From: Basidiobolus meristosporus CBS 931.73
Lineage: Eukaryota; Fungi; Basidiobolomycota
Assembly (NCBI GenBank): GCA_002104905.1
Contig: MCFE01000351.1
Span: forward strand, 1 to 64,000
Direction of reading: 5' to 3'
DNA length: 64,000 bases
Part shown: positions 36,314-49,239 of the stretch, one piece after another
Layout of the letters: the number at the start of each line of letters is the position of its first letter
Position numbering within the stretch: position 1 is the first letter of the stretch
Notes under the pieces: model-generated
The model's input: the letters and a program-made list of their open reading frames with translations, nothing else
Databases searched by the model: none
Told to the model about the DNA's origin: nothing
Program-made: the position numbers and the translations under genes

Positions 36314-39310
36314 ACTGATATTACTGATCTGATAGATAACACTGATATACTAATAGGCTAACCATAAAATTAATTGACTGGACTAAATACTGTTCTAACT
36401 TGATAATTGAGAAATATATCAGAACATTCTCTCCTACTGAAGTTGAAAGGGTTCTCCTGAATCTCTTTTTTTGTGATACCAATATATTGATGGTTCAGTA
36501 GTGTCAGTAAGTCTTGCAAGCTAGAGCCTGTCTCTATGAGCCAGATCTTCCTGGATATTCCCTTGTTTGTCCATAAATTGGTAATTTACAAATGGACATT
36601 CCCTGAAGATCTTCAATGGCTGTAGCTGTGTGGCTCAAACTTCTTCCAAGTGTTTTCTCTCAGCAATACAAAGCTCCCAGCTGTCAATGCTTTTGCTGAT
36701 ATGGTTGTATCAAATCTCTGCTTCACCATTTCTGCACTTTGGGATACTTTGGCCTGTGCCTCTTGATGTCTTTGTTCTTGCTGCTGGTATCTACTTGGCT
36801 GACTGAGTTCATCTTCTGAGGCATCTGTAAGCTTTGGTTTTATGTGATCTCTTTAAATCCTTAGTTCACATCCATACACTAAGTAGAGTAGCAATTGTTG
36901 GGTGGTGTATGCACTCTCACTCTGCATGCCAGAAGTGCTTGGTCTATATACTTCTCCCATCAACTGACAGCTCCATTTGCATACTTGGTGAGCATTTTCC
37001 AAATAATCCCTTCAACGGCTCAGTGACTGTATTTGTTCTTGGGTGATATGTCAAGGCTTTCAAGTGTTTGATTAGCTGCATATCCAGGTAAGTTTCCAAT
37101 GTTGTTGTAATTGAGTTTGCTCCTCTATAAGATGAAATTTGCAACTTTGTTTTTGCTGGCTACATATACAGCTTTGGCTACTGGCCATTTGGTGACATGG
37201 TCAATTACTACTAGCCCTCAATGGTGCATTTTCTGGCAGATGGCAGTCTTTTGACAAAGTCAATTCCCTGTCTCAGATGGTCTTATAGGCACCAGGGGAA
37301 TGATTTCAGCAATTCTCTGTGGCTGGCCTTGGTTGATTTGGCAATTTAGGCATGTTTTTACTAGCTTCTCACTATCTTGTTTCATTCTGGACCACCATGC
37401 TCTGCCTTTTGCAAGTCTATAGGCACTTTCAATTACACAATTATCCACATGCAGTGTGTAGCTTATGTATTAGATCCAGGCAAGCAACATAAGGGCAATA
37501 GGCAATAGAACTTCCATCAACAATTTGGTAGAGTATTACTACAAGTTTGCTGGCTTCAAACTGGAGTATCTTGTTGATCACTTCATCCACATCATTAGGA
37601 ATGGATTAGTCCTCCAAGTACTTTGGAAATAAGCTAAGCCAATCTGATTCATGAACTAAGTTGAGGTGTGCAACTTGTTCTATTCTTGATAAGGCATCAG
37701 TATGAGTGTTGCTCTTCCCAGGGCAGTAAACAATCTCCAATTTAAATTGCCGAATGTATTCACTCCATCTTGTTTTTTTCTGGATAGCACCTTCTGCACA
37801 ATTATGTACTTGAGTAACGCATGATCAGTCTTCACAGAGTACCTGACTCCTGTAATATAGCATCTCCAGGTCATCAAGCAGTGCATAATTGCCAGAAGCT
37901 CCTATTCATGCACTGGAAATTCTGTTCTGCTGAATTCAGTTTCTTGAATCCAAAAGCCACTGGGAAGTCCTTTCCTTCATGTTCTTGACTTAGTACTCCA
38001 CCAATTGCATAATCTGAAGCAGCTGTGCACAGAGTAAACTCTTTTCTGGAGTCTGGTATTTCAATCTTGGCAGCTATACAGTAAATTCTGAGCATCTGAA
38101 AGGCAGTCTCACAGGCTATATCGCACTTCAAGGTATTGTCCTTTGGGTAAATATCAGTCAAAGGGGCTGCATTACTTGCATAGAACTTCAAATATCTCCG
38201 GCAATAGAAAACAACTCTCAGGAATGATGAGAGTTCTAATGTGCAATGGGGGTGCTTCAGATTCTTCATTGCTTCAACCTTTTTGTAGTATAAGGTTACT
38301 CCTGGCATGGGTTCCATGTGCCCCAGGGATTCAATGTGTTCCTTCAAGAATTCACACTTTACTAGCTTGCATATAGCCTGTTCTCTCTTATCTTCTTTAA
38401 GACCTTTTCAATGTGCACCAAATGGTCCTCTGCTATCTTGCTGTATATCAATATGTCATTTATGTTGATTACCATAAACTGGTCCAGGTACTCCTAGCAA
38501 ACAGTTTGCACCAGGTGATGAATATTGCAGGGGCATTGGTCAGGATAAAACTGATGACCAGGTACTTGTAGTGTCTGTATCTGCTCCTGAATGCTGTCTC
38601 AGGGATGTCTTCAGGTTTTGCCTTGATCTTGTTGTATCCACATATTGGGTCAAGCTTGCTGAATCTATCTTGGTCTACTGGTACTATCTAGCACTATATT
38701 TAAATAGTAACCCTAAGTAAAACGCATACAAAGCACTTACCATGCCAGATAGTGCCAGTAAACCAAGATAGTGCCATACATTTTTGTGACATGATATAAG
38801 CCATAGGAGCTAGATTCAGAGTGCAATGGGTATTGAGTACCAGATGCATGTCTTCAGTCCTTCCATGCTATTACTTATCATGCACAACATTGATGCAAAA
38901 AACAGGTCAAAAAATGGACTTTCTCCAGCATGGTGGGTGAAACACAGGGGCTGCTTAGCACAAACATGAAGAAACATTTTTCACATTCTGTGGCCAAATT
39001 TAGGTATAGTATGCCTCTCTGGCACAGAATGGCACTATTTGGCACTCATGGCCATATGTGGCACTATTCCACAGAACAAGTCCAATATCCAGGTACATTC
39101 TCTGATTGCTCTATCAAACTGGGTCTTGCTAAGGTCACCTGTTTCACACACACTGGAATTGATCAAGTTAAAATTCAGTTTGGCAGGTAGGAGCTCATAA
39201 GCTTGCTTGTCTTTTTGGATCTGAATGGCATGGGCTCTTGTGTTTATTGATGGATTATGACAAGATAGCCATGTTTTCTCAAGTACTAGGACAAACCTGC
39301 AGTTCTAAAT
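36314..39310 (-). mobile_element. Gypsy A-related element, 3' part with integrase core, truncated
   Basis: Partial LTR ending 36426 next to a PPT-like tract; KALTYHPRTN, WWSRMKQD..KLVKTCLNCQ, VKTDHALLKY and ASDYAIGGVLSQ motifs. Confidence 0.85.
38667..39083. mobile_element. Fold-back MITE, spacer plus one arm
   Basis: Inner end of left arm, spacer and right arm ending AACAAGTCC followed by AAT. Confidence 0.85.
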
Positions 39311-39319
39311 GTTACACAC

Positions 39320-41100
39320 TATGCTAGTCAGTGAGCACATTGATCAGAGTTGGCTTAAGTTATCATAATAAGCTTATTTACCTAATTTTGAGCATATTGC
39401 ATCTAATTGTTCATCAGTTGTCATAAATCTCATTATTATGATGCAAAAAGTATTCTCAAAAGGTGTTTTTGTGACATCATTGATGGATTACTCACAGGTT
39501 CATGTGCAATTGTGAAATCTGCAATTGATGTGATCTGTTCTGTGCCAATGCAATCCAAGATTCATTATGCTTGATGTATTGAGAATTGAAATATGACATT
39601 GTTTTTGTATTTATTTCATATAAGTCCAGGCTGCTAACAATTTAATGCAGTATCAGTGTCTTAGTCTATCTACACAGTGGCTATTGTTGCAAGTCTTTAT
39701 ATAAAAGCTGTAGAGTGACAGGGAATTTAGCTGGTATTGTAATCACTAAAACCTGAAACAATTTTTGTTTAGATTCCAGCAGCTCCTTAAATACATTTTG
39801 ACATGTCAAATGCTGACATTGCATATTCCAATGTTTGGTGGGGCTGATAACTCATTTGATTTCATCAACATCATCTAATTAGATCCTACTTGATATATCC
39901 ATTTCTGTCTAATAAGTATATACTGTATCATCTACTGACTAATACTACTGATTTGATAGATAAAGCTGATATACTGTTAGGTTAAACATAAAACTAACCA
40001 ATTGACTAAAAGCTGATTTAATTTAAATATTCAGGCAGCAGAACATAGCACTATACCCAGTTGCCATTCATTTGGGTACAACTCAGACAAAATCAAGCCA
40101 ACTTTGAATGTGTGGTTGGGAACAAACATAGTTGAATTGGTTCAACTTTTCCAAATGAGTATAGAAAGGCCAAGTATCTGTGATCAGCCTCCTTACAAAT
40201 ATTAGTGCACAACTTGTTAAGCATTCAAAAAAATGCCTCAAAAAGCTAGTTCAACTGGAAGTACACAAGTAGAAGGCTGTCACATAAGTTCTATATCAGC
40301 ATGCTGGGATATATATTTGACAAATTGTATTGCAAAACAGGTATTAAGATCTAGCATGATCTAAGTATAAACTGATTTGACAAGGAGGTGGCATGCAAGC
40401 AGTTCAATATGTAATTTCCACAGTACAGACCAGATATACCCTTATGTACCAAATCTTTGGGAATCCAGGAGATTTCAAGCAGGCTTTTGGCTCATAAGAC
40501 TAATGTGTGGCACCATATATTGGTGGAGCTGAACAGCTTCCAGGTGCAGTATACAGAGGACTTACAAAGCACTGTTTAATATCTCAGGGCAAGAGAAAGT
40601 GAATACCTTAACATATCATAAGGTTAGCTACAAAAGGAAGAATAAATACTGCAGGCAGCTATCAGCCTAATTTGACAGAGCTTTTACTAAGCACTGCATC
40701 ACCACCTTGCTGGTAAATCTTAACCCAGCCAACACTAATGTTCTTCACAGGAGCACTCTGAAGCAAATTTATGACTGTAGTGCAGAGCAAAACAACTAGA
40801 GTCTACTATAGTGCTGTAGTGTACATAGGTCTACCAGCTCAGGCCAAGTTACATCAATATAGAGCATCCCATTGAGCTCAGCAAAATGTCATGCTCATTT
40901 GTCAAGTTGGGCTTGCACAGGCCATCACATCTAACTATCATCTGGTTACCAATGGTGAGCTCCCTCACAGAATCTAACTGAAATTAGCCCAACAGCAGAA
41001 GCTGATAGCAAGTAAATAACACATCAGCTTGTGGCACTCCAGACCAGCTTCATAATATAGTCAGCTTCAAATTGGCATGGCTAAGCTGCAGCACTTCACT
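39320..41100 (+). mobile_element. Older PHIS fragment (intergenic region plus ORF2)
   Basis: 39490-39560 matches 14330-14400 without the MITE; TNVWHHILVELNSFQVQYTED matches TNVLHDILVELSGFQEQYTQD near 15710. Confidence 0.7.
39685..40050 (-). mobile_element. Solo LTR of Gypsy A family
   Basis: TGTTGCAAGTC...AACATAGCA; perfect TSD CTAT. Confidence 0.9.
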
Positions 41101-41559
41101 TGCCAACTAGACAGGCAAATAGTGAGTATAAGTACCCAAGTTGCCAAGAAAATTGTCAACAAAGAAGTAGTTCAGGAATGCAGATTGAGTCATTACCATG
41201 TGTTTTAATAGTAATCCCCATGAGAAAACAACATTGAGAAGCTCCATAACTCTACAGCATTGGCAAAACACAAACTCATCCAAACAGTGCAAGTTATCCT
41301 GATTATTCCAACTGTGCCATTGCAAACAAGTGATTACTAAATTGTATCTGAGATCCCCCAATGTCCTCCCTATGTTTCCTTATACAATCTCCCACATACT
41401 CCCTATTAAAGGTAATTGTGGTGCTCCTATCAAAGGGTGATTGCAAAATCAAGTTCCTGTAACTGGGAGATAGTGATACCCACTAGTACACCATGGAAAG
41501 ACCATCAAAAAACTTGCACCATTGATATTCCCACACACTGATTCAAGATTTTTCATCAC

Positions 41560-44500
41560 AACATAACATTAGTGACTTTTGACTGATTCTCTGCCAAATT
41601 TTTCACTTTCTTGTCCCAGACACTCAGTGACATTAATATATTTGTGTACATTGGTTGGCTATTCAATTGCCAATTGCACTGGCATATATAAGTCCCCATA
41701 CACAACACTTACATCAGGTCCAACCTTGCACTCAGCCACTAACTCCATTAAAATCTACCATTCAATTAGTATCTAGGCTGTAGTGCTCTTTTTCCATCAC
41801 TTTGGCAGTCCTTTGACAAGGTTTGGATGGCATTCTAATGGTCTTATAGTGTTCCACATTTATTTGAGCAGACCAAATTGATCAGTATATTTGAATGCTA
41901 TATATGGCAGAAAACCTGACTGTAATTTGAGAGCTACAATGTGGACATCAATTGGCATTATAACAGCTGTATAGCAGCCTACAACTCCACTCTAAATGCT
42001 ACTTTGCCACTTACCATATGATTTTTCCTTGTGTTACCAGCACTTGCACCATTAATATATTCTGTTGTAGAATTGCCCCATTGTATTTACCATTCAGAGA
42101 CTACTAAGAGCATTTCAAATATAGATGGATGACCAAAACCATGGCCTCCTGCTTACTAACTTCTATGTAAAAACTCACCTGGTGCATTTCACAAACTTTC
42201 ATCACCTCAGATTTACAGCTTTTCAGTGTGCTACTTGCAAAGTTGCCATAGATCTTGCATTGCAGGTATTGTATACATTTTGCAAGCATATGCTTGGTTG
42301 CTGCCACTTTTGGCATGAATACCTCTTGAAATCATTCAAAACACCTTTTGGTGCTTGGCACATATATTTATTTTCTCCGCTGAATTCTGGTACCCATATA
42401 GGTATGCACTGCTTCTTGCTTGTATAAGTTCCCTATGCAATGGTGTACTATTTAGCTTGTACCCAGGAGCAACCCTGCATACCTTGGCAAAGTTGTCCCA
42501 TCAAAAATTAGCTGCTTGTTGCATCCAACCCAACTTGAATTATGTAACTGATAGTATTTTCATCTTGACTTTGCTTGGTATCTTCCCACACACTTACTCA
42601 GCAGACAACTACTAAGAGTTGCAACAAGGTCTAACAATCACCCCACAGAGAGCAAGATAGAGCAGAGAATGGATGCAGTTGCATCAAAGATCTAGATTTC
42701 AAGCTTTAGGCCCATGGTATGACGCCTGAGATCACAGCGCATAATCCTTGTATAAAAGCTATAGATGCATCAATCAGATAATGGCAATCAGCTTCTGGAT
42801 AAGTATTCCTACTATGTCAATATATGACACCAAATGCTATCCATGTACTCTTGACAGAAATGGCCTCAGAAGGCCACTAGAGCAAATACCTACCCAGTTC
42901 ATCCAGTCCTAACATTTGTATTGTAGCATAAGCATATGTATAATGATTGAAGCTTGTGGTCCTATTTTTGGTTACAAATACTATGTAATTTCTTACCAAT
43001 TTTTCAAGTTTTACAGTACTTTGAAGGGCTCATTTAGCTTGGAATGTCCCTTGCACAACTTGATCTTTACTATAGGGATCTTGTGAGACAAATATTGAAC
43101 CTTTGCTCTGTTGCTGCAAAACTGATAGCAGATTCAGATTCCTGATAACTAGTGGCAGGCAGGATTTGCTAGTAGAGTACCTGCTTGGTTAGAGTCTATC
43201 AAGTGCAAAGGATAAGTCATGCTTACAAATGCCTTCAAGGTAGCCCTTGCGCATTAGTTATTGCTGATATTTTGCATTATATATAGCAGAAATATTGTGT
43301 TAGTTTTACACTGAGCACAGTCCCTTATCACCTCCCAATACCAGCTGGACTGCATGAGCTTCTTTTGATGATGTATTACAATAATATATTTGCAATGCAA
43401 GCAATCTCCATATGAAGCAACCTAAGGTTAAGGTTGGCCAATTAGGCCTGCTCAAATCAATATAGAGTGCATTGAGACAATTAGAATGCCAAGCAATCAT
43501 TGTCAAAAGGAAGCTCAAGCACTATTCAGTTTTTACCATATTTGGCAGTATAATTGGCAAAGTGCTGATGCAATCCCATTGTAAGATTGTGTGGAGGGTC
43601 AATATCTCTAAGCTGCTGGCATCATGTCAGACTTATAGCAACATTCTGATGGCTGATCTGCACTGGACCTACCCACAGCACCAAATTAGTTTTCAGAGGA
43701 CAGTGTTATCAGCAATTGTGCTGTCTGCTATTATCAAAGCATAATTGAGGCAATTAGGTGCAGTTGCAAATAGGATAGATGCAATGGCCCAGAAAAGGCA
43801 AGAAACAGTCCATAGGTGCATGAGTATATAAGACATGTAGCATATTCAATATCCCAGGTAGACAATAAAGTATCTTTATTGCAAAGATACCTAAAAGCAG
43901 GACTGGAATCCAGCAGGGAAAATGAACATATTGGCTTAGTACAAAAACACATGTTGCATATACTCAAGATGTATTCCTACATAAATAGTGGTAACCAGCA
44001 TATCTTTGCAAGATGTGTATGTTACCTGCAGTACAAGAAGTAGGCAACTTAGCAAGTATCACACTGAAAAGCTATGAAGTTGAGGTAATAAAGTTTGTCA
44101 ATTGCAGTAGGTACGTGTATGTAGAGGTTAGTAAACAGAAGGCTAAAGTTTTTGGGATTTAAAGTATATGTGAAATATCCACAGTGGTAATGGGTAAGTA
44201 AATAAATTGTGGTGATTCAGCAATGGAATATAAGAATGATGCAAGGGGTGGTAGCAAAAGTAAGTACAACTTATTAAGTTGGAATTGTAGCATTGTACAG
44301 TAATGGCAGTAGACCACTGTACTGCTGCTTTAATACCAACAAATATATGCATGAAAGCTGTTGAAATACCATCATGTTTTTTGGCCTGTTACACCTGCAT
44401 GTACTGGCCAGTTAGGTCCACTCAAGTTTGGGCAGACTGCAATTGGACCATTGTAATGACATTCAAATCCTGTCAAAGGAGCACCAAAATGCTGTTACAT

Positions 44501-44671
44501 ATAGTTTCCTATTCAGCAGTACAATTGTCTGACTACTGTTACAATTAAGTCATAAGATTTTACAGAGGGTTGATAATTTGGAGCTGCCAGCATTTGGATG
44601 GCCTTGATGTGGGATCTTGATGGCTGATCTGGATTGAATCTTCCCATGTTACCAAAGTATTTCCAATAGGG
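41560..44671. mobile_element. Heavily decayed, rearranged CACTA fragments with a terminus at ~44671
   Basis: KVCEMHQVSFYIEVSKQEA; KQLGAV ORF2 homolog near 43750; ends TTTCCAATAGGG. Confidence 0.65.
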
Positions 44672-44679
44672 TATTCTTG

Positions 44680-47600
44680 CTCATACCTAGTTAAAACACC
44701 TACCACAGTTGGAAGGTGTTCACACCCCTAGTCCTAACACATTGCTTATCACCTCTGCCTCCACCAGTGATGAAGATGTATATCTGATCAAGTCAATGGG
44801 GGAGAACAACTTTGCATTAAAGTAACATAACATAAGTGTTTGTTGCATTGTGGCCTTATGTTAGTAGCTATTCTTAACAAAGTAGCACTGACTTGACCTA
44901 TAGGTTTTCCCAACCATAAAATATAGTCAGGAACAGCCAATAAAATATACTTGGCACTGTCATGGCAGAAGTAGCACAGGCAAGGTAAAGACTATTACAT
45001 TCAAAACATAGTTGTACAAAGGAATGAGTGCAATAGCCCTTGAGAGGCTGGAAAGGTGGCAAGGGATGCAGCTGATGCAGGATGAAAGTGCAATAGGAAA
45101 GTAAAGGGGTTTGCAAGATGTATGTAGGGGTCAGTATGGCAATGGCAATGTTGGATGAAAGACATAATCAAGGGTCACTAGGATGCACTGTAGGGGCCCT
45201 ACAGGACATACCTCATATATGCCCAAGAATACCACTATATAGGACTTCTACTATCCTCACTTAAAAAGCATAGTATGGCTATAATGCCATCAATGAAGTA
45301 TTTCTTCAGTAAGGAATATATCTCCAAGAGAATGAAATTATCAATCCACAGCTCAATAGATGTGACAGCACCGGCTTAGATAGGAAAATAAGTTGTGGGG
45401 CTTCAGAAGAGCAACAGAGATGTAGAACATTGCAAGAGTTGGTCAAACACGTAAGAGGGGTTGTTTTGGAATTGCTGCAACCCAATGGTTATACAGGTTA
45501 GTGAAGAACAGAGATCCCCTTTGAGAAAGGAAAATTCATCTCTTGACAACCAAGAGTTACAGGCATCAAAGGAAAAGAACCAAAATCCCTTAATTAATAA
45601 TGTGCAGGAAATCCTCAAGAAGGCAACAAGCTGTGGAGAGCTGTTGAAGATCTTGAGGTTGAGGTACTGTTGTGTTGTATTATGATTAGTTTGGGGCTTG
45701 TTCTACAATGTAGAGGCTAATCAACAATATACAACAACTTCCAGTATGCTAATACTGAAATAGTTTATTGGGAGTTTGATATACCGATAGAAGATATAAC
45801 TTTCACTAATTTCCTCAATCTTGGGTTCAAAATATACTGTAGGCAGTGTTTATCACTTCTACAGCAGTGTTCTGACCTTCTGTCGACTAATGGGCTTATT
45901 TACTTTTATAGTAACTTTTCCTTATTTGGAAGTCACTTTCCTTTCTGAGAAAATATTTCCTAATATGGAAATTCTGAAATCCCCTTTAACCTAAAGGGGT
46001 GTGTTGTAGAAGTCTCTAAAGGGGTGTCTTTAGAGTAAAGGGGCTTCTTGTAGTGGTCTCTAAAGTGGACTTTACACTAAAGGGGTGCCTAAAGGGGCTT
46101 CTTTAGAGTAAAGGGGTTTCTTAAAGGGGTCTCTAAAGGGGTCTTTAGACTAAAGGGGTGTCTAAAGGGGTGTCTTTAGAGTAAAGGGGTTTCTTAGAGG
46201 GGACTTTTCCAACAGAAAAGTGGTAGTTTCTTGTAGAACTTAGATTGGATTCTTGTGAGCTTTGCAGTCTCTTTACTGATGTAGTACCGATCAAAGTCAG
46301 AATACTCAACAGTGCAAGTGATGCAGGGGAAGTCTTATAGCCTTTAAACTTGTAATTGTAGTGTGGAGATTCTGGAAAGAGAGGCTCTCTCTTTATTTTT
46401 CAGCTGGGGAAGTCATATATATGAAAATCTTGAAGGATCAAAGTTTTTGGGCAATTGCGCAAGCAATACACGTGATAGAAAGCTAAAATTTTGCAGTGGC
46501 GCAGATCGGACATAGGCGCAGCACCTGTGATAATTTCACGTGATTTGATTGGCTGGTTCAAAAGTTACACGCGATCAAAGTCACCATAGTAATCCTAGCA
46601 ATAAGGCATAGTATATATAATAGTTGGACTCTTTTGGTCATAACTCCTTAAGTACTGCTTCAAATGAGCTGTAATTTGAAACATGTGTTGGCTACTACGT
46701 GTTCTGTATGACATAATATTCTTGGGTGGATTGCTTGTCAGGGTCTGGAGCATTTGTTCATCAAAGTTGGAAATTCTTGATCTTTCACTTGTGTGTTACA
46801 ATAGCAAAAAGCAAAATAAAGAAATGAGTGCAATATTGGTTTAGAGATATTGTAGTAATGGAATACTTTCCATTACCACAGTACACACCCTGACCAAGTA
46901 GAGTGGGTAACTACTATATCAGTATCCATGATATGCATGCAGAGAATTAAGCCACTGCATCCAAAAAGGCAAGAAAAGCTACATACAAGAGCCCTTATAA
47001 GAAATGTTGGAGTAGAAGGCATCTAAAGACCACTTGCCGGGAGGCCAATGGAACTCAGTCATCTGAGCCCTCTGATCCAAACAGCTCAAATTCGGACAAA
47101 GAGGTGTTGACATGATGCTAGAAGCAGAGGCAATGGAAATTATGATGGAGGCTCTGCTCAAGAGAGAGAACTCAGTAATAAGTGAAAAGTAAGGGATCAG
47201 CTTTGGGAAGAAATACTAAAGCAAATACAGAATGCTAGTATGTGCTCCCATTGCTTGTTCCCTAAAATAGATTTGCTAGACCAAGCCAGGGCAACCCTCC
47301 CAATAGCTAGTTCACTGGAACTTGCCCTGGCACTTGTCAAAGAAGTGTAAGCAGGACCAAAAGTGAAAACAAACCTTGATTTCAACCAGATGGCCCTACA
47401 AAATTCAAATAGGGGTACATATGTAAAAGTAGGTTTAGAGAATATGTAGGTATTTGTGTTCATTGACACAAAATAGTTTCAAACACCAAGCTTGAAATAC
47501 TTAGCTGCTGACAATACACAATGCACATTGATACTACCTAGAGGAGTGCTGTTGTTAAACATAAAAGAGGCTGGTTGGAACTACCAAGGACTTCCTAAAA

Positions 47601-48700
47601 GCATGGAGCTATGGGATGAGCTCTACCAACTAGATGTGAATTCTAGTCTACTGCCTGTGCAACAAGACATGAGACTTGAAGGAATATTCCTACTTGCTCA
47701 AGTATTTGCCAATAACACTGTAATAAGCTGTATACCCAGATATATCACCAAATCCATCTGGCTGACAGGTACCCAATCAAGCAATAGGCCTAGAAAAGCT
47801 TGCAAAATGAGGCCTATGAATGGATGCTATCAATATAGAGAGCCACTCTCTGTGGGCCTCCCCAGTGTTGATAGTCCCAAACAAAGATGGAAAGCAAAAC
47901 CTATCATTGACCATTGGAAACTAATACTGTCATCTGCAGGATGTGTACTGGCTATTGAAGGCTGTTCAACAGGTACCTGTAACTAATAATAACAAGTTGT
48001 CTAAAAGAGAGAACAAAAGAATGCATATGGAGAGTGTGAAAGGAAGCATCTCACCTAAAACTGTTGCTACTCCTCCCACCAGTAAGGTTCAAGGTGATGT
48101 TGAAAGTAAGAACAACCTGCAAATATTGAGAAACATGGTATGGGAGCTATTGGTAATACAAACCACCTACAAGGAGACTGCATACCATTTTGAAGGAGGC
48201 CCTTGGATCATTAAGGCAAAGGGTACTGAACTAATACCACTGTCTATACTAGGTTCACCCAGATACAAGATACAAGGAATGAGCTAGTGCCCTCTCACAA
48301 AGCCTCACTAGCCCCCCTGTCAGGTTTCACACTTGCCATTGATAGGTAGCATGGTAACTGAGGTTAACATAGCTCTGATACAAGCTGTCAGCTCACTAAA
48401 AACAGAACTCCTGATTGAAGGACTTCTCCAAGAAATCTGCAAACACTGTGAACTGCATTTTCAAGCAGGAACTATCCAAGAAATAATATAATGGCATATT
48501 AGGTGCGCCAGTATATGATCCATGCAGTCTACCAGGTGGTTGTAATACAACTGTCAAAGTGGCTCACCCTAGGGAACTCAGGAGCCAGTACCATGCTTAC
48601 CTTCAAGCAGCTGAAGAAACTGCTGCAAACTCTCCAGAAGCCTGGAGGCAAGTGATGGAATGCCCTAATTACATCACATTCTTAGCTGATGTGCTGCACT
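44680..48700 (+). mobile_element. Gypsy element C remnant (gag, protease, RT start, integrase tail)
   Basis: KCWSRRHLKTTC knuckle-like (~47000); VFVFIDT (~47455); SLWASPVLIVPNKDGK and IDHWKL (~47845-47925); EGGPWII...YKI. Confidence 0.65.
45668..46880. mobile_element. Solo LTR, young 1.2-kb family, copy 3 (inverted)
   Basis: TGTTGTGTTG...TTACCACA; TSD GTAC (45664-45667, 46881-46884). Confidence 0.93.
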
Positions 48701-49200
48701 TTTTCAGAATACTCAACAGTGCAAGTGATGCATGGGAAGTCTTATAGCTTTTATACTTGTACTTATATTGTGTAGATTCTCAAAAGAGAGGCTCTGTTGT
48801 ATTTTTCAACTGGGAAGTCATATATAGAAATACTCTGAAGGAGCAAAGTGCTGGGTATTGCACTAGAAATGCACATGATACTAAGCTAAAATCTTCTAAG
48901 TGTGCAGATTAAACACAGACGCAGTACCTGTAAGAATATCAAATGATATGATTGGCTGGTTCCAAAGTTACAAACAATCAAGTCACCATAGTAGTTCTGG
49001 TAATATAGGCCTTGTATATATGTTTATTATACCCTATTAATCAAAACTCCTAATGTACAACTTCATTTGAGATGTAATTTGAAGCATGTGCTGGCTACTG
49101 AGTGTTCTAAAAGACCTAATGTTCTTGGGTGGATTGCTATTCAGAGTCTTGACCATTTGCCCTTCAAAGTTTGAACTTTTTGCTCTTTCATTTGTGTTAA
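48700..49200. repeat. Old, diverged partial relative of the 1.2-kb LTR
   Basis: CAGAATACTCAACAGTGCAAGTGATGC and following sequence align to ~46297-46800, with CpGs gone. Confidence 0.8.
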
Positions 49201-49239
49201 ATTAGAGTATGGACACAGTAGTGGTAGAAATCAACATGC

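Noticed and set aside
48559-48747. Chromodomain at the end of Gypsy C
   Set aside because: Lacks the YLVKWKG and TWEP core; resemblance is too weak.
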